NCBI GenBank assembly: GCA_963664195.1
Contig: OY760907.1
Coordinates: forward strand, 2,944,001 to 3,008,000
Source of the DNA: an uncultured candidate division Zixibacteria bacterium
GTDB lineage: Bacteria > Zixibacteria > MSB-5A5 > GN15 > FEB-12
Reading direction: 5' to 3'
DNA length: 64,000 bases
This document shows, piece after piece, positions 1 through 9,680 of this stretch (positions within the stretch are counted from its first letter, which is position 1; every line of letters begins with the position of its first letter). Under the pieces are notes generated by a model. It saw nothing but the letters and a program-made list of their open reading frames with translations, was not told the DNA's origin and searched no databases. Both the position numbers and the translations under genes were made by a program.

Positions 1-1
1 C

Positions 2-313
2 TGGTCTTATCTCAACACGCCCCAAATCAGTGCCCACAATTTCGACTCCGAAATCTGGCAGCGCGGTAGTGTCGCCGAGCGCGGGGAAATGGTCTGGACG
101 CTGGTAGAAAGCCACCTGTTGTTGGACAAGACCCGGTCGGAAGTACTCAATATGCTGGGCGAGCCGGATCTGGGGGACTCAACTGACAGCCCCCTGAGGT
201 ACGACATCGACATCGGCAGCGGGAAGGTCCGTCTCTCCTGGGCGTACCTGCTGGCGGTGTCGTTCGACACCAGTTCAGGAATCGTCACGGAGGTGGCCGT
301 AGTCCAGCCCTGA
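2..313 (+). CDS. Hypothetical protein, 5'-truncated (SmpA/OmlA-like motif)
   Basis: Frame is open from base 2 through the ATG at 89; FDSEIW..R.EM...L...KTRSEV..MLGEPD pattern resembles SmpA/BamE-like small envelope domains. Confidence 0.5.
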   Translation, partial: WSYLNTPQISAHNFDSEIWQRGSVAERGEMVWTLVESHLLLDKTRSEVLNMLGEPDLGDSTDSPLRYDIDIGSGKVRLSWAYLLAVSFDTSSGIVTEVAVVQP

Positions 314-404
314 CCGGCTCGGCCGGCTTCGGTCCCACGAAGTGGGCTTCAATCCTACCAGGAGGGGGATCGCATATCGGCGGAGCAAGTGCGGCATTAA
401 GTTG

Positions 405-433
405 TTGAATCGGGCGGGGGTTCTCTCTATACT
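405..433 (+). promoter_or_regulatory. Sigma70-type promoter, probably giving a leaderless transcript
   Basis: TTGAAT-17-TATACT ending 6 nt before ATG 440; no SD sequence. Confidence 0.55.
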
Positions 434-439
434 CCTGTC

Positions 440-931
440 ATGACCACCAAAAGAAACGATTACATAAGCTGGGAAGAGTATTTCATGGCTGTCGCGGAGC
501 TTTCCGCGCAACGCTCCAAAGACCCCAACACCCAGGTAGGGGCATGCATCGTAAACAAAAATAAGCGTATCATCGGTATCGGGTACAACGGTTTTCCGGC
601 CGGTTGCTCCGATGATGAACTCCCGTGGAGCCGTGAGGGGGATTTCCTTGACACCAAGTATCCCTTTGTTTGCCATGCCGAGATGAACGCCATCACCAAC
701 GCCACCAACCGTCCCGATCTGGTCGGCGCGTCGCTTTACGTCTCACTGTTCCCGTGCAACGAGTGCGCCAAGTTGATCGTACAGGCGGGGATAGCGGAGG
801 TCGTCTATCTGGCTGACAAGTACCACGATCAGGACCTGTTTGTGGCGGCCCGAAAGATATTCGATATGTCAGGCGTCAAATACCGGCAACTGGTGCCTAA
901 GACAAGAAAGATTACGCTGACGCTGGGGTGA
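440..931 (+). CDS. dCMP deaminase (ComEB/DCTD family)
   Basis: [16 protein letters not shown], zinc motif HAEMNAI...PCNEC. Confidence 0.93.
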   Translation: MTTKRNDYISWEEYFMAVAELSAQRSKDPNTQVGACIVNKNKRIIGIGYNGFPAGCSDDELPWSREGDFLDTKYPFVCHAEMNAITNATNRPDLVGASLYVSLFPCNECAKLIVQAGIAEVVYLADKYHDQDLFVAARKIFDMSGVKYRQLVPKTRKITLTLG

Positions 932-962
932 CTCGCGCCGCAGGCGTTCCGGCCCATGTCTT

Positions 963-1028
963 GTAGGGTGGAACCCTTTGGCGGTTCCGCCGCCTCTTCC
1001 GTAGGGCAGGTTCGTCTTCAAACCTGAC
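963..1028 (+). repeat. Two tandem GTAG-headed REP-like hairpins
   Basis: GTAG-ggtggaacc..ggttccgcc (963-991) and GTAG-ggcaggttcg-tctt-caaacctgac (1001-1028); the second is nearly identical to 41097-41124. Confidence 0.7.
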
Positions 1029-1249
1029 GGAAGGCGGTCGAACCAAGGGTTCGGCCTTTTGCTGTTAAGCCCCAAGACGGGCTTGACCTGCGAAGAGAGA
1101 GAGTCCGCCACAGGCGGACGATGGCAGGACAGTTCAAAAACTAGACTGTTTTAGACCATACTTTGTTTTTTTGTTGCCTGATGTAATCCAAGACGTACAT
1201 TTGCGGTTTCTAATCGTGAGCCGAGCCCTCTTAACAGGAGACAGATGCT

Positions 1250-2575
1250 GTGACTAAGACCAGGGAAGACGTTCTCAGATTAATCGATGAATCCGGTGTT
1301 CGGTACATCAGGCTCTGTTTTACCGACATTTTGGGGAAAATCAAAGGCATGACCATAACCCGCCCTGAAATCGAACAGGTGCTCGACGAGGGACAGGGGT
1401 TTGATGGTTCCTCCGTGGAAGGCTTTGCCCGGATCGACGAATCCGACCTCATGGCCTTGCCCGATCCTCTAACGTTCCGCATTATCCCGTGGGAAATCTC
1501 CGGCGAGAAGGTCGCCATGATGTTCTGCGATATTCAGAATCCCGACGGTTCCCCATATGAGGGCGACCCGCGCTGGGTGCTTAAGCGCACGCTCAGTCGG
1601 TTGCAGGATCGCGGTTGGACAGCGTATGTCGGGCCTGAAATCGAGTACTTCTACTTCGCCAACGACGAGGAACCGGGCGTTCTGGATAACTCCGGCTATT
1701 TCGACTACGGCACCATGGATATCGGCACCCAACTTCGCAAAAAAACGGTTGCCGCGCTCGAAATGATGGACGTTCCCGTGGAGTGCTCGCATCACGAGGT
1801 AGCCCCGTCACAGCACGAGATCGATCTGAAGTATCAAGAGGCGCTGGTAATGGCCGACTTTGCACAGGTGTATCGGTTCATCGTCAAGGAAGTCGCGATG
1901 GAAAACGAGCTGTACGCGACCTTCATGCCCAAGCCGATGTTCGGCGAAAACGGTTCCGGGATGCACTGTCACATGTCTATATTTAAGGGAACGAAGAATC
2001 TGTTCTTTGACCCCAGCAACGAGTATAACCTGTCTGAAATCGCGCGGCAGTTCACCGCCGGGGTGCTTATGCACGTCAAAGAATTTACGCTGCTCTGCAA
2101 CCAGTGGGTGAATTCATACAAACGACTGGTGCCCGGATATGAAGCTCCCGTGTATGTGTGTTGGGGACGGCGCAATCGTTCGAGTTTGGTGCGTGTGCCG
2201 CAGTATCGTCTTGGTAAGGAGCAGGCCACTCGAATCGAGCTTCGCTCGCCCGATCCGGCAGCCAACCCGTACCTGGCTTTTGCCTGCATGTTGGCGGCGG
2301 GACTCGACGGTATCGACAACAAGCTGGAACTCTCCGCTCCTGTCGAGCAGAATATCTTCGATATGACCAAGGCCGAGCAGGAAGCCATCAACATTAGCCG
2401 CCTGCCGAACTCACTGGAGAATGCCATCCGCGCGGCCTCTTCGTCGGATTTGGTGAAAGAGACGCTCGGAGAGCACTGCTTCAACAAGCTCATAACCAAC
2501 AAATGGATCGAATGGGATGACTACCGCGCCCATGTCAGTCAGTATGAGATTGACAAGTATCTATCCTGGCTGTAG
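1250..2575 (+). CDS. glnA: Glutamine synthetase type I
   Basis: FDGSSVEGF, GPEIEY, HHEVAPSQHEI, ATFMPKP..GENGSGMHCH, RIELRSPDPAANPYL; GTG start with GGAG SD. Confidence 0.96.
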   Translation: MTKTREDVLRLIDESGVRYIRLCFTDILGKIKGMTITRPEIEQVLDEGQGFDGSSVEGFARIDESDLMALPDPLTFRIIPWEISGEKVAMMFCDIQNPDGSPYEGDPRWVLKRTLSRLQDRGWTAYVGPEIEYFYFANDEEPGVLDNSGYFDYGTMDIGTQLRKKTVAALEMMDVPVECSHHEVAPSQHEIDLKYQEALVMADFAQVYRFIVKEVAMENELYATFMPKPMFGENGSGMHCHMSIFKGTKNLFFDPSNEYNLSEIARQFTAGVLMHVKEFTLLCNQWVNSYKRLVPGYEAPVYVCWGRRNRSSLVRVPQYRLGKEQATRIELRSPDPAANPYLAFACMLAAGLDGIDNKLELSAPVEQNIFDMTKAEQEAINISRLPNSLENAIRAASSSDLVKETLGEHCFNKLITNKWIEWDDYRAHVSQYEIDKYLSWL

Positions 2576-2591
2576 CCGGATTGTGACCGTG

Positions 2592-2619
2592 GTGGTGTCA
2601 GGTGTCCTCACCTGACGCC
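2592..2619 (+). repeat. GTGG-headed REP-like hairpin after glnA
   Basis: ggtgtcaggtg-tcct-cacctgacgcc inverted repeat without U-tract. Confidence 0.45.
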
Positions 2620-2736
2620 TGTCAAGGTGCGAGAGGGTACGAGTAGGTCGAAACTCCTGTAGTTTCGACAATCGTGATGTCAAGCCCGAAGACGGCCACT
2701 CGCGCCGCCGCGACGCCCCACAATATCCGCAAGTAG

Positions 2737-3087
2737 CTAACGATTCCGGTGCCAGCCTGAATTTCCGCGTCGCTCAAAACGGGGTCCGTCCTCCTGACAA
2801 CCTGAAGTATCGAAAAGAGCGGTCGTCAACAACAACGCGACCGCAATCACTGCTGATACGGTGACGCTTTTCCTTGTGTTCTTCTTCAGATAGTTCAGAA
2901 ATGTGCGCCAATTCGCGGCAAGGTGAAGAGTCGCCGCCACGGCGAAAACTACACCCGCCCACTGATGAAAACTCATTGTCGTGTGCCCTCCCAACCTGAG
3001 CAGTGCGAGAATACCGGTGATGACGACAACGGTAAAAGTCAGTCCGACTATCGGAGATAAGGTGGATCTGGTCAGTGCCTTGCCCAT
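2737..3087 (-). CDS. Small membrane protein, DUF4405-like (two conserved His)
   Basis: Three hydrophobic segments; ITG..., FHQWAG...LHLAANW pattern; start moved to MGKAL with GAGG SD. Confidence 0.65.
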   Translation of the reverse strand: MGKALTRSTLSPIVGLTFTVVVITGILALLRLGGHTTMSFHQWAGVVFAVAATLHLAANWRTFLNYLKKNTRKSVTVSAVIAVALLLTTALFDTSGCQEDGPRFERRGNSGWHRNR

Positions 3088-3483
3088 GATGGCCTCTTTG
3101 TCTGCGGCCCGTCCAGTCCGCTGCCTCTGTCTTTCCGTTGCGCGGTGTCCGGGCATTTTGACTTGGACAACGAAAGTCAGCCGTACGTTCCCGCTTTTCT
3201 GTCTCGGCACATTGAGTGGTGTCGGGAATTCCGGGGCCGTCTCATAGGTCGTGAGGCCGGGGCACATTGCCCAAGGGACGATTTGTCACAAATATGCGCT
3301 GAGCACTGTTGTGGAAAGACTTGCAGGCTGACTCTTATCGTGTTGTGGGCGGCAGACGCCTGCTGTTTGTCCCGCCCGTGCATCTGCGTATTAATGTAAC
3401 ATCACAATAATGGCTCCGTATCTAGACGTATGTGATCTCCTCAGATTCTAGCACGTGTGAACCTCACAAATGGATATTGACAA

Positions 3484-4404
3484 ATGCAGAGTATTTCTAT
3501 CGAAACCGTCGGCCTCACCCGTCGATTCGGTTCCACGACGGCTGTGAATGACGTCAGTTTGAAGGTTCCCGAGGGAGCCGTCTACGGCTTTCTTGGCCCG
3601 AACGGGGCAGGCAAGACCACAACCATCAGGATGCTGCTGGGGCTTATCCGGCCGGATTCAGGGACTGTTCGTGTGATGGGAAACGAGCTTGTTCCGGGGC
3701 GCCCGCAGCAACACAATCGAGTGGGAGCCATGGTTGAATCGCCTGCACTGTACAAGCACCTGACCGGCCGCGAAAACCTCGAAGTCACCCGGTGCATGAT
3801 CGGCGGAGACCGCGGTCTCGTGGATGAAGCACTGAGTACCGTGGGTCTTGAGAGGGCGTCATCCAGGAGGGCGGGAGAATACTCGCTTGGGATGAAGCAG
3901 CGGTTGGGTTTGGCGCAGGCCCTGGTAAGCGACCCCGAACTGCTGATTCTGGACGAACCGACAAACGGTCTGGATCCTGCCGGGATTCAGGAGATGCGCG
4001 AGTTCATCCTTTCCCTTTCGACCGCCAGAGGCATCACCGTGTTCTTGTCCTCACATCTCCTGAGTGAAGTCGAACAGATGGCGGATCACATCGGTATCAT
4101 TAACCGGGGGCGACTTGGTTTTCAAGGGACGCTTCAGGAGCTGCACGACCTTCAGAAACTGCAATTGAAACTCGGTGTGGATGACACTGGCAAGGCAACC
4201 CACCTGTTGGAGAAGGAGGGGTGTACTGTGGCCTCCGATGGCGGCAGGTTCATCACCATTCAGATCGATGTTCCGGATGAAGCCTCCCGCTTCAACAGCA
4301 TGTTGGTGATTGCCGGTATTGGCGTTTCTCACCTGAGTTTGGAGAAGCCTTCCCTCGAACAGATATTCCTCGATATGACCGAAACAGGAACGGGGGCAGC
4401 ATGA
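3484..4404 (+). CDS. ABC transporter ATP-binding protein, BcrA/LanF type
   Basis: GPNGAGKTT, YSLGMKQRLGLA, ILDEPTNGLDP, SSHLLSEVE. Confidence 0.92.
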   Translation: MQSISIETVGLTRRFGSTTAVNDVSLKVPEGAVYGFLGPNGAGKTTTIRMLLGLIRPDSGTVRVMGNELVPGRPQQHNRVGAMVESPALYKHLTGRENLEVTRCMIGGDRGLVDEALSTVGLERASSRRAGEYSLGMKQRLGLAQALVSDPELLILDEPTNGLDPAGIQEMREFILSLSTARGITVFLSSHLLSEVEQMADHIGIINRGRLGFQGTLQELHDLQKLQLKLGVDDTGKATHLLEKEGCTVASDGGRFITIQIDVPDEASRFNSMLVIAGIGVSHLSLEKPSLEQIFLDMTETGTGAA

Positions 4405-5162
4405 TCGCAGCATACGGTCGCGTGTTTTGCGCGGAGATTCTCAAACTGCGCCGATCGCTTGCCTTCTGGCTGGCAATTGTGTCGCCACTGGCAATCGTTT
4501 TCCTGCAATTTGTCATAATCATGACGCGTGGCAAAGATATGATCGCCGACGATGCATCGATATGGCCCATCATGATTCGGCAGACCGTTTCGTTCTGGTG
4601 TTTGCTGATGCTTCCCTTGTTCATCACGCTTGAGACCGCACTTCTCGCTGGTCTGGAACACAACGGCAACAACTGGAAGCACATTCTGGCCCTACCCGTC
4701 TCCCGCTCTGCCGTTTACTTGAGCAAACTTCTCACAGGCACGACTGTTGTGGGCGTTGCTCACCTGGCTATGGTCGGCTGGATTCTTGTCACGGGTGGAT
4801 TGGTTCGCATACTCATGCCGGGTCTTGGAGTGCCCGCGCCCTTCCCCTGGGAGATGCTTGGAATCTGCATCGGTACGTCGCTGATCAGTTCCTTTCTGCT
4901 GATTGGTCTGCATTTGTGGGTGGCGATTCGCTGGCCCAGCTTCGTTGTGGCGATGGGGTTTGGTATTGTGGCGACTATTGCCGGTGTGATCCTGATCAAC
5001 TCCGAGTATGCCGGATGGTACCCCTGGACAATGCCGGCAGTCTTGATAAACGGTTTGCGCAACGGCGAATATCAATGGGCGCTGTTGTGGTGCGGCTCAA
5101 TCGGGGGACTCATCGCCGGCATGATAGGGTGTTGGGACTTTCGACGGCGAGATGTGCTGTAG
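4401..5162 (+). CDS. ABC-2 permease, LanE/LanG-like peptide-antibiotic immunity type
   Basis: AEILKLRRS N-terminus, E-loop LEHNGNNWKHILALPVSR..YLSK, WYPW, six TM segments; ATGA overlap with the ATPase. Confidence 0.85.
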   Translation: MIAAYGRVFCAEILKLRRSLAFWLAIVSPLAIVFLQFVIIMTRGKDMIADDASIWPIMIRQTVSFWCLLMLPLFITLETALLAGLEHNGNNWKHILALPVSRSAVYLSKLLTGTTVVGVAHLAMVGWILVTGGLVRILMPGLGVPAPFPWEMLGICIGTSLISSFLLIGLHLWVAIRWPSFVVAMGFGIVATIAGVILINSEYAGWYPWTMPAVLINGLRNGEYQWALLWCGSIGGLIAGMIGCWDFRRRDVL

Positions 5163-5367
5163 TTGTGGGTCGAACTTCTGCAGTTCTGACAGGTCGTTGT
5201 GCAGGTCAATGTCATTAATGGCTGTCCGCAGACTTGCGAGGACCCCGACGGGTTCGCAGACGGCTGCTCGCGGCGTGGACCCGCCCCGCAGTTGCTTCCG
5301 GATTGCGACAACTATCAGCGTTGAAACCGGCCTTTCCCGCTCGCTTTGAACTCCATATATTCTCCCC

Positions 5368-6777
5368 ATGCCCGCTTACAAGGACATGACGGCTGTACAG
5401 ATTGCACAAGGGGTGATGGATCAATCACTCTCCGCAATCGAAATCGCGCAGGAAGCGCTTCGTCTCGCCAAAACCGAAGGCCGCGATCTCAACGCCTTCA
5501 TCAACATCTGTGAAGACAAAGCCCTCGCACAGGCCAATGCTGTCGACGAGAACGTACGGGCAGGAGCAATCGCAGGCCCCCTGGCCGGAGTGCCGATAGC
5601 GGTCAAAGATAATATCTCCTACACCGACTATCCTATGACCTGTGCCTCCCACATCCTCGACGGCTACGTTCCTCCCTACGATGCCACCGTCATCACTCGG
5701 CTGATAGAAGCCGGAGCCGTCATCATCGGCAAAACCAACATGGACGAGTTCGCTATGGGCTCCTCAAGCGAGACCTCGTATTACGGCCCCGTCAAGAACC
5801 CGCGGGACCATGTGCTAACTCCGGGAGGTTCATCGGGCGGCTCGGCGGCAGCCGTCGCGCAGGGGATAGTCCCCATAGCTTTGGGTTCGGACACGGGTGG
5901 CTCTATCCGTCAGCCGGCGGCGTTTTGCGGCATTCTCGGATTGAAATCGTCCTACGGGGCCGTCTCACGATACGGCCTTGCCGCGTTTGCATCCTCGACC
6001 GACCAGATCGGACCATTCGCTCGCAATGTTAAGGACCTCTCGCTTCTTTTCCGTGCCATCTGCGGTCGTGACAAGCGAGACGCGACCAGCATTGAGGTCA
6101 CGCGTGACTCTGTCCAATCAGATCGCAAATACTCAATCGGCATGCCAAGAGAATACTTCGCCGAAGGCCTCGATCCACAAGTCGGCGACACAATCCAGTC
6201 CCTCATGACGAAACTCGAACGGCAGGGACACAAGTTGCTTGATATCTCCCTTCCGCTCACCGGAGTTTCGAACGCCGTCTACTACATCATCTCCAGCGCG
6301 GAAGCATCCTCGAATCTGGCGCGGTACGACGGCACTCGCTACGGTCTCCGAGTTGCAGGCGACGGTTCACTCGAAGACATGTACGCCGAAACGCGGGCGC
6401 AAGGGTTAGGTGCCGAGGTCAAGCGGCGAATTATGCTCGGCACCCATGTTCTGTCATCGGGATACTACGATGAATACTATGTGAAAGCCTCGAAAGTACG
6501 TGCGCTCATGCGGAGGGAATTCGACGCGGCCTTCGAATCGGTTGACCTCATCGCCTCGCCGACCACGCCTACTCCGCCTTTCAGGCTTGGGGAAAAGATC
6601 GACGATCCGATGGCGATGTACCTCTCCGATGTCTATACCACGCCCGCTTCATTGGCCGGCATTCCGGCAATATCCGTTCCGTGCGAAGGCGGCCTGGTGG
6701 GCGTACAGTTTATGGCGCGGTATCTTCATGAGCAGTCATTGTTCGACATTGCAAGATGCGTGAAGGAGACCGCATAG
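5368..6777 (+). CDS. gatA: Asp/Glu-tRNA amidotransferase subunit A
   Basis: Amidase signature AVKDN, GKTNMDEFAMGSS, GGSSGGS, GSDTGGSIRQPA, SNLARYDG, EVKRRIMLGT. Confidence 0.96.
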   Translation: MPAYKDMTAVQIAQGVMDQSLSAIEIAQEALRLAKTEGRDLNAFINICEDKALAQANAVDENVRAGAIAGPLAGVPIAVKDNISYTDYPMTCASHILDGYVPPYDATVITRLIEAGAVIIGKTNMDEFAMGSSSETSYYGPVKNPRDHVLTPGGSSGGSAAAVAQGIVPIALGSDTGGSIRQPAAFCGILGLKSSYGAVSRYGLAAFASSTDQIGPFARNVKDLSLLFRAICGRDKRDATSIEVTRDSVQSDRKYSIGMPREYFAEGLDPQVGDTIQSLMTKLERQGHKLLDISLPLTGVSNAVYYIISSAEASSNLARYDGTRYGLRVAGDGSLEDMYAETRAQGLGAEVKRRIMLGTHVLSSGYYDEYYVKASKVRALMRREFDAAFESVDLIASPTTPTPPFRLGEKIDDPMAMYLSDVYTTPASLAGIPAISVPCEGGLVGVQFMARYLHEQSLFDIARCVKETA

Positions 6778-6779
6778 CT

Positions 6780-7562
6780 ATGCCGTTGATCGATCTGGGC
6801 GAGATCAAGATGTACTACAAGGAGTGCGGCGAAGGGGTGCCGATTATCTGCCTTCACGGTTTTTCACTGGATCACCGTCAGTGGAGATCGCAGGCGAGTT
6901 TCTTTTCAGACAGCTACCGAGTGATTACGCCCGACGCCCGTGGCCATGGGCAATCTGACGCCCCCGAGACCGGCTACGGCCGGGCTAACAGGGTCGAGGA
7001 CTTGGCTAAGTTGGTCGATAAGTTGAAGATAGACCGGTTTCACCTTGTCGGTCTATCGATGGGTGGCTCCACTGCAATCGGGTACGCTCTTGAGCATCAA
7101 GCCCGGTTGTTATCGCTGTCTCTGGTCAGTACTGCTGCGGCAGGCTACAACGTGAGCAAAAAGTTTTCGAAGCTCGACCAACTGGCCCGCGAGCGGGGAG
7201 TCGATGCCGCTCTGGTGAAATGGATGACCTGGAGTTTGGCCTGGTACAAGGGCCGACGAGAAGACATCGGCAAGGAAATGAGCGTGATGATGGACGGTTT
7301 CAGCGGACGCATCTGGTCGGATCCGATGCGGGGCAAGTATCCCCGCACGAACGACCTTGAGCGTGTACACGAGATCACGGCTCCAACGGCGATCTTCGCC
7401 GGTGAACTGGACAAGGTGTTTGTCAGCCTGGCCGGAGAACTTCATCATCGCATCAAAGGCAGCAGGCTTTCTATCTACGAGGGGACCGGACACATGCTGA
7501 ATATCGAGGCGCCGGACAGGTTCAACCGTGAGTTGGCAGCCTTTCTTGAGGTGAACGGATGA
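6780..7562 (+). CDS. Alpha/beta hydrolase
   Basis: LHGF oxyanion motif, DARGHG, GLSMGG nucleophile, GELD, GHM. Confidence 0.88.
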   Translation: MPLIDLGEIKMYYKECGEGVPIICLHGFSLDHRQWRSQASFFSDSYRVITPDARGHGQSDAPETGYGRANRVEDLAKLVDKLKIDRFHLVGLSMGGSTAIGYALEHQARLLSLSLVSTAAAGYNVSKKFSKLDQLARERGVDAALVKWMTWSLAWYKGRREDIGKEMSVMMDGFSGRIWSDPMRGKYPRTNDLERVHEITAPTAIFAGELDKVFVSLAGELHHRIKGSRLSIYEGTGHMLNIEAPDRFNRELAAFLEVNG

Positions 7563-8140
7563 CCTGGATGACCTATTTCGAAGTCAGAGACCGGCTTGAG
7601 AACCTCACGGAGTTCCGCAAACTGTACGTTGAGTACATCGGCTTCACTAATAGAGAGGGGAACGTTCCGGCCCAGATGGTGCGGCATAAGATGGAGCCGC
7701 TGGTGCCGATGGCTGTGGATTCCCTGCGTCGTATTGGCCTTGGTGGTATGGTCACGCGTGATGCGCCGGTCCGGGGAGGCAAGAAGATTCGGGTTAACAT
7801 CATCAAGGCGATTTTCCGGGATCATGTCGTCAGGCAGTTTTCACTCGATGACGATACGCCACTCAAAGCGCTTGATTTAGCTATCGTCAAGTACCAGAAA
7901 CAGCTCTGGGTGCAGAAACTCCAGTTGTTCAATCCTCTTTTCTGGTTCTTTCAGTTTGTGTCATTTGCAGCGCAGTTACCCATTCTCATCTGCAAGCGGG
8001 CAGGGATCGACACCGAGGAGGCCGAGGAATCAGTGCTGGTTCGGCTCTATCTCGTTGCCGTTCAAGTGATAGCCTTCTATCTGCTGGCTGAATGGAGTGG
8101 CTTGATCGACTGGATATGGATTGACATTCTAAACCGGTAG
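7559..8140 (+). CDS. Hypothetical membrane protein
   Basis: 193 aa ORF, ATGA overlap with upstream gene, two C-terminal hydrophobic segments. Confidence 0.6.
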   Translation: MTWMTYFEVRDRLENLTEFRKLYVEYIGFTNREGNVPAQMVRHKMEPLVPMAVDSLRRIGLGGMVTRDAPVRGGKKIRVNIIKAIFRDHVVRQFSLDDDTPLKALDLAIVKYQKQLWVQKLQLFNPLFWFFQFVSFAAQLPILICKRAGIDTEEAEESVLVRLYLVAVQVIAFYLLAEWSGLIDWIWIDILNR

Positions 8141-8148
8141 GGTATATT
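8121..8148 (+). promoter_or_regulatory. Sigma70-type promoter for gatB-purNCH
   Basis: TTGACA-16-TATATT. Confidence 0.65.
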
Positions 8149-8227
8149 CTGCCTTTGAACTGCCGTTTCAGTACGTCCGCTCGCAGGTCGTCTGTCGGCG
8201 AAACAGGGACAAGGCAGGAAACGGATT

Positions 8228-9676
8228 TTGGTCAGCTACAACGGTTTTGAGCCGGTTATCGGGCTTGAAGTTCACGCGCAATTACAGACCGAAAGCAAAA
8301 TCTTCTGCGGCTGCAGAGTGGCTTATGGTGCGCCCCCGAACAGTCTCACCTGTCCGGTCTGCCTTGGACTGCCTGGCGCTCTTCCCGTTCTAAATCAGAC
8401 AGCCGTGGACAAAGCGGTCTCGGCCATTCTTGCCGTCGGCGGTGAAGTCCGCGAGCGGTCCGTATTTGCCCGCAAGAACTACTTCTATCCGGACCTTCCC
8501 AAAGGCTACCAGATTTCGCAGTATGACCTGCCAATCGGCAAAGGCGGGCAGGTTTCGTTTCGCCTGCAATCGGGCGAGGAAAAATCCTGCCGGTTGAACC
8601 GCATTCATCTCGAAGAAGATGCCGGCAAGTCATTGCACTCACAGGGCGACGAAGCGCACACGCGGGTTGATCTAAACCGATGCGGCACACCGCTGATCGA
8701 AATCGTTACCGAACCGGATATCCGAACGCCCGAAGAAGCCCGCGCCTGCCTTCAGAAACTTAAGCAGATTCTCCAGTATCTGGAGGTCTGTGCCGGCGAC
8801 ATGGAGAAGGGGCACCTTCGCTGCGACGCCAACGCCTCGGTCCGTCCTGTCGGCTCCGACAAACTCGGCACTCGAACCGAACTGAAGAATTTAAATTCAT
8901 TCAAAGGTGTGCAAAAAGCGTTGGAATATGAGGTTAATCGCCAGATTGATCTGCTTCGTAACGGAGGTAAGGTCGAGCAGGTTACTCTTCTCTGGGATGA
9001 AAACCGTCAGGTGGCCGAGCCGATGAGAACCAAAGAGGAGTCGCCCGATTATCGCTATTTCCCGGAGCCGGACCTCCCGGAACTGGTTCTTGGGAATCGA
9101 TGGATAACGGCGGCCACGAGCGCCACGCCGGAGCTTCCGGATGCAAAACAGGCGCGGTTCGTTGCTCAATACGGTGTGCGACAGTACGATGCCGAAGTGC
9201 TCTGCGACAATCGCTCGCTGGCCGACTATTTTGAACAGGTTGTCGGTGAGTCAGTCGACTCCCGTACCGCCTCGAACTGGATTCAGACCGAAGTGCTCGG
9301 CAGTCTCCGCGAACGGGGAGAGAGTATCGGCGAGTGCAAAGCAAGCCCGCTACACCTGGGCGATTTGCTCAAACTGGTCGAGTCGGGCAAAATCTCAGGC
9401 AAGATTGCCAAAACCGTTTTTGCGGAAATGATTGACACCGGCAAATCGGCAGGTGAGATTATCGACAAGCGAGGTCTGGGCCAAATCAGTGACGAGAAAT
9501 CGTTGCAGGCCGAGGTCGACCGTGTCCTTGCTGCGAATTCTGCTAATGTCGGCAAGTACAAGGCAGGGAAACCTGCGCTGATGGGGTTTTTCGTGGGCGA
9601 GATTATGAAGGCGACCGGTGGACGCGCCAACCCCTCGATTGTGAACAGACTCTTGAAGAAAGCACTGGAAGGTTAA
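8228..9676 (+). CDS. gatB: Asp/Glu-tRNA amidotransferase subunit B
   Basis: VIGLEVHAQL, RKNYFYPDLPKGYQISQ, HLEEDAGK, DYRYFPEPDLP; TTG start. Confidence 0.97.
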   Translation: MVSYNGFEPVIGLEVHAQLQTESKIFCGCRVAYGAPPNSLTCPVCLGLPGALPVLNQTAVDKAVSAILAVGGEVRERSVFARKNYFYPDLPKGYQISQYDLPIGKGGQVSFRLQSGEEKSCRLNRIHLEEDAGKSLHSQGDEAHTRVDLNRCGTPLIEIVTEPDIRTPEEARACLQKLKQILQYLEVCAGDMEKGHLRCDANASVRPVGSDKLGTRTELKNLNSFKGVQKALEYEVNRQIDLLRNGGKVEQVTLLWDENRQVAEPMRTKEESPDYRYFPEPDLPELVLGNRWITAATSATPELPDAKQARFVAQYGVRQYDAEVLCDNRSLADYFEQVVGESVDSRTASNWIQTEVLGSLRERGESIGECKASPLHLGDLLKLVESGKISGKIAKTVFAEMIDTGKSAGEIIDKRGLGQISDEKSLQAEVDRVLAANSANVGKYKAGKPALMGFFVGEIMKATGGRANPSIVNRLLKKALEG

Positions 9677-9680
9677 CTCT

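Noticed and set aside
3484..5162. Lantibiotic biosynthetic cluster
   Set aside because: No precursor peptide, LanB/C/M or exporter-peptidase in the neighbourhood
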